Positions 10,010 through 23,092 are shown, numbered from the stretch's first letter. The stretch is 64,000 nucleotides of DNA from Tubiluchus corallicola (GCA_030141605.1 JAQGDQ010000768.1:1-64000), one strand, 5' to 3'. A program made the numbers and translations. Notes: generated by a model not told the origin, from the letters alone.

Positions 10010-11636
10010 AATGCAATAACCAAATAGGCTATGCTGGGTGCGAGCACATGTCTTTAGCTTGTACTGAAGTATATCGCTAAGCAGCGGCCGACCAGCTAAG
10101 TGGCACGTGGCAATTGTTAGTAATGTAGTTTGTACTAGAGAGAAAAGAATTATTTATTATTTAATAAATGTGAAAAAGGAAAAGTTAGGTAGGTCAGTAA
10201 GAACAGGACAGCGGTAAAAAACAGTTTGGAGAAAGAGGGTCATGGGAGAAGGTTCACACATCATAGTTTTAGTTTTTTGAGAGGTGATTATATTTTCATT
10301 TTTGCAGAAGTGTAATCAGTAATTATAAAATGGTTTGTGTTAATGGAGAGAAATTTTGCATACATATAGTTATAATATTTTGCAAGGAATATGTTATGAA
10401 AGGAGTAAGGAATACAAAACGACAAATACAAATACTAGTTTTTGGAGTCATCAGGAAAATCAAAGACAAAGTTTGCATCCAAAAGAACAGAACTGATGTT
10501 TTCAGAGAATTGACTTGGATTTTAACCAATGACGTCATAGGAAAATGTGGGATGCACTCGCTCGTGCAAATGCTGAAGGTTAAACGCCAACTGTGAACCA
10601 AACAAAACCGAACCCATCATATTACTGCGGAGGCGACGAAAAGGTCCAAGGTTCAAATCTGGATCAGCCAGACCATGTTGCAGACACATATTGTTGATGA
10701 GAAAACACAGAAGAAATATAAACAATTGGAATAGAAAATTAAGGTAAAAACTGGCCTCTGACCAGAATCTTTTCCTGCGTTCTTCATGCTGATCATGACT
10801 ACGGAACAGGTGCTTAGGTGGTAAACGCACCTGTCCGCCTGCTGACGGAGCCAATGAGGCAATACCATACCAGCTACTTACAGCTGATATGCAACGCTGA
10901 TATGCAATGACTGAGAACAAGCTGAGTTTCAGGTCCCATATCAATTCAGTTCGCAAACGGATTAAAATAAAAAAGTTTTGATTTTTAGGCACAATGTTGA
11001 TGGCGACAATCATCAAATTGTTTCAGGCAATGGTGGGCCAAGTGAATTTGTTTAAACATATTTATTTGACAACATTTGGACAAAACAGTTGAACTGTTAC
11101 TTGTTAAAGTAGTTGGTTTTTTCCTCATTAGATGGCAGCATAGTATAATGGTTTTGTTATACAAGAGTAAACATCGTACAGCAAATAAGAGCAATGTAAG
11201 TGAGCAGACGATTCAGAACTGTTTTAGTCATGCACAACAACAGATTTTCAACTTTTTTATAAATATGACAACTTTGTGGGCCAACTTCTTCACGAGAAAA
11301 TGAAGCAACTTTGCTTTATTGTGTATGCTACGTATGCAAGTCCACGATCTGTACGGAAAGTATACAAAAACTGCTCTGGTAACAGGGATGATACAAAAAC
11401 AATACAAGAACGACAAAGTGGATAATTAATATTTATGTAACAATTAAACAAGCTTATTAATTAATAAATAAAGACGGTCGCAATCTAATGCATGTGAGTT
11501 AAAAGTAATGTAACATTATCAATTCAGCATATTGTATTTAGCTCAATATAAAACGTCAAGTTTCTCTAATATAATTGTGTCCAGCAGTAAATATTCTATA
11601 ATTTATTGAAATATTATTGACCTGGAGACCATTAAG

Positions 11637-11891
11637 AAGGGCCTATTTCAGGGGGGGAGTGGGGATGCTTCCCCGGGGCCTCACCCTCCAGGGGGGCTCA
11701 CGTCGAGGTAACTTTTTTTGCTTTATGCGAACATACTGCCTCCTCTCTCCCTCTTGACAACTGTATAACTCCATATTTTCTGTTCGAAAATGCTTCTCCG
11801 GCGTTCTAGCAGTTCAAAAATTTTCACCCCCCCCCAGGCAGCCTCACACGTCCCACTTCCCTGGGCCTCGCTTAGGCTGAAATAGGCCCTG
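11637..11891. mobile_element. hAT-like MITE
   Basis: TIR agggcctatttcag / ctgaaataggccct; flanks ccattaag and ccgttaag (8-bp TSD, one mismatch). Confidence 0.75.
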
Positions 11892-12195
11892 CCGTTAAGT
11901 AAGACGTGCATTTTGATTTTATTATTCAAGTTTTCCAAATTTTCCAAAGTCTTCATTGAGACACTGATTCGATATTCACAACAACTTGCAGCAGTACATC
12001 GTGGACAGAGAAGTAAATAATGTTCAATAGTTTCAAAACCACAAGCAGAAGTTTCCGTACGTTTAAAGCTCATAGTTAAACGTGGCGGGGGGGGGGGGGG
12101 GGTACGTTCGAGGAAATGCGAGCAGTTCGGTGATTTGGGGTGCGATGTCATCAAAACAGGTGTTGGTACGCTGCTATGGATGTCGCACAAAGAAT

Positions 12196-12681
12196 CCTTC
12201 TTCTTCCCAGCTTTTCCCTATGCGGGGTCGCCGTTGTGAATAAGTCTCCTCCACGCATTCCTGTTGTTGACCATCTCTTCATTTATGTTCTTCTCTCTAA
12301 GGCCTCCGTTAATACATTCAAACCATCTCAGCTTGGGTCGTCCTCTTCTTCTATTTCCCATCACTTCCATTTCCATGACCTCCCTTCCCACGTGATCTTC
12401 CCCGACTCTTCTTTTCAGGTGTCCATACCATCGCAATCTTGCCTCTTGTTGTATCTTTTTCGAGGCTTCCACTACTTTCACTGTTCCTCTAATATTACTA
12501 TTCCTGATTTTATCCCTTCTTGTTATTCCCACCATCCATCTCAACATCCTCATCTCCGCCACATCCATTTTCTTCTCTTCGGTCTTCTTTAGGGGTGTTG
12601 CTTCCAGCCCATAGATTAGGGCGGGTCTGACCACTGCTTTGTGAACTTTACCTTTAAGTCTCGCTGGAATCCTCTTATCGC
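12196..12681 (-). mobile_element. RTE LINE 3' fragment (second family)
   Basis: CDKRIPARLKGKVHKAVVRPALIYGLE..EMRMLRW..RLRWYGH..RRGRPKLRW; (aag)n tail; 16-bp TSD atgtcgc(a/g)caaagaat at 12180-12195 and 12682-12697. Confidence 0.85.
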
Positions 12682-13432
12682 ATGTCGCGCAAAGAATTAC
12701 CATTAGAAATAATACACCTTAGCAAAGTGGTGAAGTTTACATCTGAAGTCATCTGACATCTGAAGCCATCTGATATCTGAAGCCATCTCTTTTGATCAAG
12801 TTGCAATCAGTCAAGCTCCTCATATTAGCCAGCTTCTGTCTAAGCATTTTTTAGCCTAACATATAACGAATAGACCGATCATTTTTGAGCATAATTGTAA
12901 TAAAACACATTGAGATACGTTATAATTTTGCCGCTAAATTCCGTTGCTTGTAGTAGTTTAATTTAAACACATTTATTTTACAACCTTTGGACAAAACAGT
13001 GGAACCCATTCGAAAAGTCCTCTTGTTACACTGATAATACAAAGACAATGTGTGAAAGACAAAGTGTATAATTAATATTTACGTAACAATTAAACAAGCT
13101 TATTAATTAAATAAAAAAACAAGCAGTTGCTTATACTATAACATTGCTCATATTATCAAATTTTAAGTATATGTTTTTATAACTTTGGGTATATTTGCGA
13201 TTTAGCAGGTTTGAGTTTCCTGTTTGAGAATTGTCTGCAAAGATTAACAATTTTTAATTCCATCTCAATGTTCTTATAAATAAGAGATGTTTCGGAGAAC
13301 TGCTATTGTTTAAAGACGACGAAACAAAATTGTTCTCGTCCACGTTGTTGTGTAGAGAGATCCAGCATAGAAACCGGCTAGCAGGATTACCTGGAGATGG
13401 AGGGAAAGTGCTCTTCTGCATCCCCTCCATCG

Positions 13433-13440
13433 CTCTCTCC

Positions 13441-13483
<43 letters not shown>

Positions 13484-13501
13484 TGTCTCTCTCTATCTCT
13501 C

Positions 13502-13575
<74 letters not shown>

Positions 13576-13602
13576 ATCTCTCTCTCTCCCTCCCTCCCCC
13601 CT

Positions 13603-13649
<47 letters not shown>

Positions 13650-13718
13650 CTCTGTCTTTCTCTCTCTCTCTCTCTCACTCTCTTGCTTTCTCTCTCTCTC
13701 TCACACACACTCTCTCTT

Positions 13719-13805
<87 letters not shown>

Positions 13806-13817
13806 CTCTCTCTCCCT

Positions 13818-13854
<37 letters not shown>

Positions 13855-13875
13855 TCCCTCTCGCTCTCTCTCTCC
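13433..13875. repeat. (CT)n microsatellite
   Basis: Direct reading. Confidence 0.98.
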
Positions 13876-14176
13876 CATTTTGATTTTTTGTTTTTGGCAA
13901 TGCGATACGGCAAAATATTTACTAACTTATAGGATTCATGCAGACTATGTTTAGATAAACTAACAGTGTTTTCATGTTTGCCTAAAGAAGAGTTCAAGCC
14001 GTTCAAATTCCACTTTACAGTTTATCCGTACATTACAGGTACAACGTGAAACAATTCATGGTGGATAGTGCTGTGTCAGTGTGTCTTATTCTGAGGTGTT
14101 ACTTCAAGGTTTAAATACTCCAAAAATCTGTTTTACTGGAACATCCTGTATCCGCAGAAGAAATTAGGATGTAAAT

Positions 14177-14300
14177 TCACTGAGCCGCGCGTAGCTTTCA
14201 AAGTTTAACGAAATTTGAGTATTCGAGGTAATTATTATTTAATCTAAGCTTTGATTTATAATAAACTATTGTAGTTTTCAATATTTTAGAGCATTCTTTA
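14177..14300 (+). repeat. Dispersed repeat, second copy at ~48071-48195
   Basis: attcactgagccgcgcgtagcttt..aaagtttaacgaaattt..tctaagctttgattt is shared between the two sites. Confidence 0.8.
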
Positions 14301-14646
14301 AGTTAATTAGGTTCAATAGGCAACGAGCCTTGGGCAAACGAATTTAGGAACAAATCATCGGACCCTTGTAACTGCTCTTAACTGATTTATTTTTGTCTTG
14401 GACGGTGCTGCCCTCATTTTCGGTGGCGATGCACGGAACGAGACATTGTTCGGGCTGTTGGGCGAATGACGGCGAGTTCACGAGATTGTCACGTACTGCG
14501 TTAATAGAAGGAGGTACCGTCTGACTGTTATATTGCTGCTTGAGTTCCGAAGTGACGCTGGATGTATTCAAATCCAGAATTGCCTGTAGTTAACTTTTAA
14601 TCCAGATTTGCTGCTGGCACTTTAATTATAATGCCAGCAAATAAGA

Positions 14647-14805
14647 AAACAAATTAGGACAAATACCCACTACGGAACGAACTCTGTAATCAAACAAACA
14701 ATTCTACTTTGGAATTCTCTACCATTACAGGTTAAACAAATCAAGTCCCTATCAGCATTTGAAACAAAATTAAAATCACTAATATTAACCAGATATGAAA
14801 TACCA
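14647..14805 (+). mobile_element. CR1/L2-group LINE 3' relic
   Basis: Translates to TNTHYGTNSVIKQTILLWNSLPLQVKQIKSLSAFETKLKSLILTRY, a typical ORF2 C-terminus. Confidence 0.6.
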
Positions 14806-15074
14806 TCACACCAATACGACAACATGCACACTAATTCAGAATTTATATATCCACGGCCATATTAATTAAATCATAGTTTTTCATTTTTTTGTGCATAGTT
14901 GTAAATATGTTTGATTTTATTCGTCGTTACTTTCCATTACTGCACAGTAGTTTAGATTGCACTGACGCATTTGCCTTTAGCAGTGTAAGTTTTTATTAAC
15001 TAACACTGATTGACCATCTCTGTAAAGTCTTTATCAGTGATTATCAATGTATTTTAATGGCAAATAAAGATTAT

Positions 15075-15109
<35 letters not shown>

Positions 15110-15939
15110 TGTTGAACCTAATCACCGTCCGTGCAATTGCAAAACTGCAGCCATTCGACCACAAAGCCGTTACAGCCCTAAATATAATAAGCTTAAGCAA
15201 CTCATTCCCAAAATTAATTACCATTCTAGTTTTTATTCTTTAATGAAGCATAACATTAGTTAAATTTTGCGGAGAGAACAAGTCACTCATTATGCTGGGT
15301 TAATTTTACTGTGATCGCGATTTTAAAGTGATTTTACTAATTACTCGAAGCGTTTATCACACTTTTATTACTAAATGCTCCTAACATTTTCCACGAACAG
15401 TAAAAGAAGGCTAACCTCCTAGAAGGGTTGATCTTGCTGTAATGTCTAATAGGAGGCGGTTACAGCAAGTTATTACACTGTAATGAAATTTATAACACAT
15501 TTTTATCTTTCTTCTTGCAAAGGAGTTGTAAATTCTAAAGTTGGATTAAAAAGAGTGATGAAACAACGTTTCTCTGCCAGGAATTGATCTCTTGCTTACA
15601 AAAGTAAACATGTGGTCAGATAGTATAACAAGTGAGCTTGCTTACTATTGAGCACCTATCCCATAACACTATCCTAGGTAGCACTGCTGGTAGATACCAG
15701 GCAGGAAAGGGCATATTTAAGGCTGATTCAGAAGCTGTTTGCCATTGCTTTCTTTGTTAGAATGGAAGCTAATTCCTATTTTTTTAAATGGGTAATATTT
15801 TGATTCTTTTAAATCTGAATAAAGACTCACTTGCTCTTAAATGTTTTTTTTTTGATTGCTAGAGACTATTATCTTTACAATTTCATACTTTTAGTTGTAA
15901 AAATTGTATAAACTTATTTTTTTAGCAATAAAAAAAACA

Positions 15940-18132
15940 ATGCATCGCAGTGCACAGAGCAGTTGGGATAGCACGTTTATGTATTCGAGAAATTTTGGGC
16001 AACAAACTTCATTTCACAAAGCTTCTCGGTACAACGAACTCGAACTGGCAATGAGTCTTGTACAAGAGGGTTCCGACGTTAATGCTTTTGACGGAACCGG
16101 ATGCACGCCGTTACATTATGCTTCCCAGAATGCAAATTTGCACATGGCATCGCTTTTGCTTAGCCACGGTGCTAACTCCAATGCGAGGTGCACTTTAGAA
16201 ATTGACAGTTCTCCCTGGAATAGGCCAACAGGCTCAACGCCATTACATTCTATTTTTGAATGCTCTCAATTTACTGATGAAGAAGTCATATTTGATATGA
16301 TAAAGTTGTTATTAACATACGGCGCATGCGTAAATGATACTGACGCAAATGGTCGGTGTCCTTTACATCATGCTGTACTTCGTTCCTACGAAAGCGTTGT
16401 AATGATCTTAGTTGACAATGATGCGAACATAAACACATTTGATGCAAAAGGAAATACCCCACTTCATCTTGCCTGCAAAGATGGAAAATTGGTAATCATA
16501 AAACTTCTGTTAACTCATGGTGCTAACGCCAATGCCGGACATTGTTCAGAGGAAAACTGGCAGGCACCTGTCCACGTCACTTTAAGGTCACAAACGATTA
16601 AAGAAGAAACCAAGTGTCACGTGATGGAGCTGTTACTGGAGAGTGGAGTTGACGTAAATGAAGTGTTTGAAGATGATCGAGAACTTTCTCTGTTGCACTT
16701 TGCAAGTATCCATTCTTATGAAAAAGTAGTAAAATTTCTGCTTCAGAATGGAGCAGACGTGAATCAACCAGGCGACCGTGGTCAGGCTCCTCTGCATTCA
16801 GTAGTTTGCCCCTCACTAGCACGTTTACTGATTGAGAATGGTGCCAACGTAAATCAACTAGATGACAAAAACCAAACTCCTCTTCATTCAGTAACTCGAC
16901 TACCTCTGGAAACAATAATGCAATTGCATGTGGACAATGGTGCAGATGTAAATACCTTACACAATGGTGCAGATGCAAATGCAGTACATAATGGTGCGGC
17001 TGCAAATGCAGTACATAATGGTGCAGCTGCAAATGCAGTACACAATGGTGCAGATGCAGATGCAGTACATAATGGTGCAGATGCAAATACAGTACACAAT
17101 GGTGCAGATGCAGATGCAGTACATAATGGTGCAGATGCAGATGCAGCACATAATGGTGCAGATGCAAATGCAGTAGATAATAAAAGTCAGCCACCTCTGC
17201 TATCAGCAGTTCGTCTTCCTCTGGGAACAACCACAAGGAAACCAAGTGTTAACAATGGTGCAGATTCAAATACCGTAGATAATGAAGGCCAGGAGCGTCT
17301 ACATTCAAGTGTTTCTCTTTCACAAGCAGCAATAGCACAATTACTAATTGACAATGGTGCGATGCTAAATGTAGTAGATGATCAAGGTCAGACACCTTTA
17401 CATTCAGCTTCTGTTCTTTCATCAGATACAATAGCACAATTACTAATTAACAATGGTGCAATGGTAAACGTGATAGACAATCAAGGCCAATCTCCTTTAA
17501 TGTTAGCAATTTTGTTCTCCTGCAAAGCAACAGCAAAACTCTTAATTGACAAAGACGCAGATGTCAACCACGTGGACTCCTGTGGTCAATCTCTCATGCA
17601 TTTAGCTATTAAATCCTCAAAAGAGTCGTTTGCAGCTTTATTAATTAAATCAGGATGTGATGTAAACATTACTAGCCGTGCAGGTGAAAGTGCCTTTAGT
17701 TTTCTTTACAGCGAGTGCAACAAGTACATGTATTGGGGTCATAAGTTGACCATATCTAAGTGTTTGCTACAGATCTTTCTGTTGCTTCTGAGGCACGATC
17801 TGCATCTTGATGCGGGAGCTAATACCGGAATGATCAATTATAGAATGTGGAAAGAAATTTTTTCATACAATAATCTGGAATTTTCGTCAGCTAGAGACGA
17901 ATTGTTGTTCCGTTTGATTGATACTGACATGACCATTTCATATCATTCCACCAAGATGAGTTTAAAATGTTGCTGTGCTAGAGTCATAGTTGCTAACCTA
18001 ATAAGTTATGACAGTCTTTCCCGCGAGTTGCGAGCATTTGTGCAACTTCACCAAGCAGTGTTGCGAGTGAGAGCGCGCAACAAGCGTTCCAAAATGAAAT
18101 CTCGGAGCGGGTTTTCTCGAGTCACCGTGTAG
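15940..18132 (+). CDS. Ankyrin-repeat protein (730 aa) with C-terminal FEM1-like BC/VHL(SOCS)-box
   Basis: More than ten ankyrin repeats (GCTPLHYAS, GNTPLHLAC, GQTPLHSAS, GADVN). C-terminal SLKCCCARVIVANLISYDSLSRELRAFVQLH. ATG follows an acceptor ending at 15925. Confidence 0.88.
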   Translation: MHRSAQSSWDSTFMYSRNFGQQTSFHKASRYNELELAMSLVQEGSDVNAFDGTGCTPLHYASQNANLHMASLLLSHGANSNARCTLEIDSSPWNRPTGSTPLHSIFECSQFTDEEVIFDMIKLLLTYGACVNDTDANGRCPLHHAVLRSYESVVMILVDNDANINTFDAKGNTPLHLACKDGKLVIIKLLLTHGANANAGHCSEENWQAPVHVTLRSQTIKEETKCHVMELLLESGVDVNEVFEDDRELSLLHFASIHSYEKVVKFLLQNGADVNQPGDRGQAPLHSVVCPSLARLLIENGANVNQLDDKNQTPLHSVTRLPLETIMQLHVDNGADVNTLHNGADANAVHNGAAANAVHNGAAANAVHNGADADAVHNGADANTVHNGADADAVHNGADADAAHNGADANAVDNKSQPPLLSAVRLPLGTTTRKPSVNNGADSNTVDNEGQERLHSSVSLSQAAIAQLLIDNGAMLNVVDDQGQTPLHSASVLSSDTIAQLLINNGAMVNVIDNQGQSPLMLAILFSCKATAKLLIDKDADVNHVDSCGQSLMHLAIKSSKESFAALLIKSGCDVNITSRAGESAFSFLYSECNKYMYWGHKLTISKCLLQIFLLLLRHDLHLDAGANTGMINYRMWKEIFSYNNLEFSSARDELLFRLIDTDMTISYHSTKMSLKCCCARVIVANLISYDSLSRELRAFVQLHQAVLRVRARNKRSKMKSRSGFSRVTV
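16935..17178 (+). repeat. In-frame 27-bp coding minisatellite (HNGADANAV x~9)
   Basis: aatggtgcagatgcaaatgcagtacat units inside the ankyrin ORF. Confidence 0.95.
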
Positions 18133-19487
18133 AAGTCCGAAGTTCCTTGGCAGATTTTAGTTTGACCTTATCAAATCCGGGGCAGGCTGTTCCAACAGTA
18201 AAGAGCGATTTTTACTGTACTGTCCATTGAGCCAGCCTAGATTACTGCCAAGTTAGATGCAAAGTTTCATTCCTCTTTAGCTTTACATAAGACCAATAAG
18301 CTTTTTCACTGTTTCGTTGTGCAGTTTCTGTAGGTCAAAGGTTATGTGAATCCAAGCAACGCATCTCGATAACACCGTCAAGTGGGTGAAGCAAAGCCGT
18401 CTGGCCTATCAGTTCAGTAATTTTAGTTGTTTTACGTAGACTTTACTTAATTATGCGTTAGTCTGTTCGTAGAGTGATTTACTAGCAGGATCTTGCTTGG
18501 GAACAAGAAAAAATGAACCAGGTAAGGTTCTAGCGAGCTGTTAAAACTGTTACCAGTACAGTAGCATGGGCTGCGAAGCATTGTCAAGTGTACACAAATG
18601 CACGTTGTCTGGTACACTTAACCTTTGACCTTTCAACAACCATCGATGGAACTGTGAAAAGGCTTATTCTAAAACACTTCACAACAATGTAATTGTTCAA
18701 CTTTCAATAAATTGCGCAATATAAATTGTTCATTTTATGAGAATGAAAAAGTGAAATAAAATAAGATATTTCTTGTGTGATTAACATGATGTCCAATAGC
18801 CGAAGTGTAATCATATAGTGGTTTATTCATATAACAAATCTAGAGACAAACAGAATGATATTAATAACACGAGAAATCAGCACATCGTAACATCTAGCAA
18901 AAGTGAGTCCTCAAAACTTGCTCCGAACCTCCTTATATTCCCAGTACGGTTGTCATGGTAACCAGCTAGTTGGTGACATCTATTCTATTTTATCGTTGTC
19001 ATAGTAATCAGCCGGAAAATGACTTCCCAGCCTGTTGTTATAGTGATAGCTGCTCGTTGCTATAGTGACCAGCTGGGAACTTCCTTCGTTTTTTTATGCT
19101 GTTATCGAAGCTGTGGTGACCAGCAGGGAACTTCTTCCTAGTCCGCTGCTATGGTAACTAGCCTGGAACTTTCTTCCCCATCCAAAGCAAGGGACGTCTT
19201 TCCCAATCCTTCGCTAGGATAATCTAACTGATTTGGCGTTCATTGTTGTAACTAACTTAACGTTCGTATGGTGATACTGTTGATTTTATTTCTTATTGGT
19301 GATATTTATTTTAATTCTTTATCTAATAAATACTTAATTTAATTAACATTTTATAACAGAAATTTGTTTAAAAAAATTTATTTACTTCAGTACTATTACT
19401 TAGGTGCAATAATTTTTTTACTATTGCACAATCTCTTATCCGTGCAGTTTTTTGACTAAATTAAGAAAATCCCCTGCGTTTCTACGC

Positions 19488-21291
19488 AAGGTTCACATAG
19501 CTGCGGCTTATCGTTACACGGCTATTACTCTGCGTTTCTATGACAAGGTTCACAGAGCTGCGGCTTATCGTTACACCGCTATTACTCTGCGTTTCTATGA
19601 CAAGGTTCACATAGCTGCGGCTTATCGTTACACCGCTATTACTCTGCGTTTCCGCGACAAGGTTCACATAGCTGCGGCTTATCGTTACACGGCTATTACT
19701 CTGCGTTTCTATGACAAGGTTCACATAGCTGCGGCTTATCGTTACACCGCTATTAATCTGCGTTTCTATGACAAGGTTCACATAGCTGCGGCTTATCGTT
19801 ACACCGCTATTACTCTGCGTTTCTGCGACAAGGTTCACATAGCTGCGGCTTATCGTTACACCGCTATTACTCTGCGTTTCCGCGACAAGGTTCACATAGC
19901 TGCGGCTTATCGTTACACGGCTATTACTCTGCGTTTCTATGACAAGGTTCACATAGCTGCGGCTTATCGTTACACCGCTATTACTCTGCGTTTCTATGAC
20001 AAGGTTCACAGAGCTGCGGCTTATCGTTACACTGCTATTAATCTGTGTTTCTATGACAAGGTTCACATAGCTGCGGCTTATCGTTACACCGCTATTACTC
20101 TGCGTTTCTGCGACAAGGTTCACATAGCTGCGGCTTATCGTTACACCGCTATTACTCTGCGTTTCTGCGACAAGGTTCACATAGCTGCGGCTTATCGTTA
20201 CACCGCTATTACTCTGCGTTTCTACGACAAGGTTCACATAGCTGCGGCTTATCGTTGCACTGCTATTACTCTGTGTTTCTGCTACAAGGTTCACATAGCT
20301 GCGGCTTATCGTTACACCACTATTACTCTGCGTTTCTACGACAAGGTTCACATAGCTGCGGCTTATCGTTACACTGCTATTACTCTGCGTTTCTGCGACA
20401 AGGTTCACATAGCTGCGGCTTATCGTTACACGGCTATTAATCTGCGTTTCTGTGACAAGGTTCACATAGCTGCGGCTTATCGTTACACCGCTATTACTCT
20501 GCGTTTCTGCGACAAGGTTCACATAGCTGCGGCTTATCGTTACACCGCTATTACTCTGCGTTTCTGCGACAAGGTTCACATAGCTGCGGCTTATCGTTAC
20601 ACCGCTATTACTCTGCATTTCTGCGACAAGGTTCACATAGCTGCGGCTTATCGTTACACCGCTATTACTCTGCGTTTCTGCGACAAGGTTCACATAGCTG
20701 TGGCTTATCGTTACACCACTGTTACTCTGCGTTTCTGCGACAAGGTGACAAGGTTCACATAGCTGCGGCTTATCGTTACATGGCTATTACTGTGCGTTTC
20801 TGCGACAAGGTTCACATAGCTGCGGCTTATCGTTACACTACTGTTGCTCTGCGTTTCTGCGACAAGGTTCACATAGCTGCGGCTTATCGTTACACGGCTA
20901 TTACTCTGCGTTTCTGCGACAAGGTTCACATAGCTGCGGCTTATCGTTACACCGCTATTACTCTGCGTTTCTATGACAAGGTTCACATAGCTGCGGCTTA
21001 TCGTTACACGGCTATTACTCTGCATTTCTGCGACAAGGTTCACATAGCTGCGGCTTATCGTTACATGGCTATTACTCTGCGTTTCTGCGACAAGGTTCAC
21101 ATAGCTGCGGCTTATCGTTACACCGCTATTACTCTGCATTTCTGCGACAAGGTTCACATAGCTGCGGCTTATCGTTACACCGCTATTACTCTGCGTTTCT
21201 GTGACAAGGTTCACATAGCTGCGGCTTATCGTTACATGGCTATTACTCTGCGTTTCTGCGACAAGGTTCACATAGCTGCGGCTTATCGTTA
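19488..21291. repeat. 57-bp minisatellite x~31
   Basis: caaggttcacatagctgcggcttatcgttacaccgctattactctgcgtttctgcga units; one 8-bp slip near 20745. Confidence 0.98.
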
Positions 21292-21437
21292 TCACCTCAT
21301 TGTTTTTTTTTAATTTTTAGCTTTGTTCTTCTCTTTAGTTTAGTTTAAACATAATTTATTATAGGATTGGATCAGACAGTCTAAACAACATGATTTAGGA
21401 TCCTCACCACAACAGACTTTATACACTGTTTACAAAA

Positions 21438-21663
21438 ACATTTACAGTAAGAATAGACTATAGCTACACAAGCTGACAAGTTTTCCTACAAGATTACATT
21501 AGACATTAGTAACATTTACAGTAAGAATAGACTATAACTACACATGCTGACAAGTTTTCCTACAAGATTACATTAGACATTAGTAACATTTACAGTAAGA
21601 ATTGACTATAGAATAGCTGCACGTGCTGACAAGTTTTACCACAAGATTACATTAGACATTAGT
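21438..21663. repeat. 73-bp tandem repeat x3
   Basis: aacatttacagtaagaat at 21438, 21511 and 21584. Confidence 0.9.
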
Positions 21664-21897
21664 AGAAAATGACGGTTAGAAAATATTAATGTACGAATAT
21701 TTAAGACTGCTGCATTTCATATCAGATAGAAACTACTGGAAGCGTTTAGTACGTAATATAAAGTCATGTATACATTGAAATGTCTCTACATCTCCATCTA
21801 CATTGCCTCTTCACCTAAAAACACACCATGCATTGTAGTTGGACTATTAATGCTCCAGCTTTTAGCTCAGCTGCAAGCAGTTTCATCATTTTTTCAC

Positions 21898-22616
21898 TAA
21901 TAGATTGCTTACTTGATAAGTAATTGTAAGTAATTTTTGTTTCAGTCTGTACAATTGTATGTAGTATATTTGATTATGTAATCGTAATGGTGTTTTTGTC
22001 TAATAAACAAATAAACAAAAATAAACAAACGTAAGCAATAAACAATAGATTGCTTACTTGATAAGTAATTGTAAGTAATTTTTGTTTTCAGTTTGTACAA
22101 TTGTATGTAGTGTATTTGATTATGTAATTGTAAAGGTGTTTTTATCTAATAAACAAATAAACAAAAATAAACAAATGTAAACAATAAACAATAGATTGCT
22201 TACTTGATAAGTAATTGTAAGTAATTTTTGTTTTCAGTTTGTACAATTGTATGTAGTGTATTTGATTATGTAACTGTAATGGTGTTTTTATCTAATAAAA
22301 AAATAAACAAAAATAAACAAATGTAAACAATAAACAATAGATTGCTTACTTGATAACTAATTGTAAGTAATTTTTGTTTTCAGTTTGTACAATTGTATGT
22401 AGTATATTTGATTATGTAATTTGTAATGGTGTTTTTGTCTAATAAACAAATAAACAAAAATAAACAAATGTACGCAATAAACAATAGATTGCTTACTTGA
22501 TAAGTAATTTTAAGTAATTTTTGTTTTCAGTTTGTACAATTGTATGTAGTATATTTGATTATGTAATTGTAATGGTGTTTTTGTCTAGTAAACAAATAAA
22601 CAAAAATAAACAAATG
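21898..22616. repeat. ~146-bp tandem repeat x5
   Basis: aatagattgcttacttgataa units. Confidence 0.95.
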
Positions 22617-23092
22617 ATAAAGTTTGATTTTATGAAAACCTGGACTCGTGGTCAGCTTCAAAAGGAACGACTACAGCTTCAGTTTTTGTGTTAACTAGGC
22701 GTGCAGATTTCTGTATTAATTTTACAAATAAAAAATTGTATCTATAGTAACGTTCTGTCTTAATCATACTACACTAGACTACTTAACTTAATTTTACAAA
22801 TAGAAAATTGTATCTATAATAACATTCTGTCTTAATCATGCTACACTAGACTACTTAACTATTTTCTTACGTTTAAGATGTATAAACTGTAAAAATATCT
22901 TTATAAACGAAAGTTTTTATAGTGTAGTAAACATGCAATTATTTATTATTGAAATTTCTAGTTACTATTTTTTATGACTAAATTATTAAGAAAGTGGTCG
23001 TTTGCTAAGACTTCAAATTGAACAGCAATAAAAATACTTTCACAGGCGGCTCAGGGCTAGCGCGGTGCACTGAGCCAACAATAGGTTAGTGG

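Noticed and set aside
13306-14006. SL/ER-rich ORFs (also 26698-27504, 27871-28227, 29648-30026, 46565-46915, 50105-50591, 58335-58827)
   Set aside because: Translations of microsatellites.
19452-21313. Long ORFs (436, 403, 194, 177 aa) with 19-aa repeats
   Set aside because: Produced by a 57-bp unit that lacks stops in some frames; no real start, splice context or domain.
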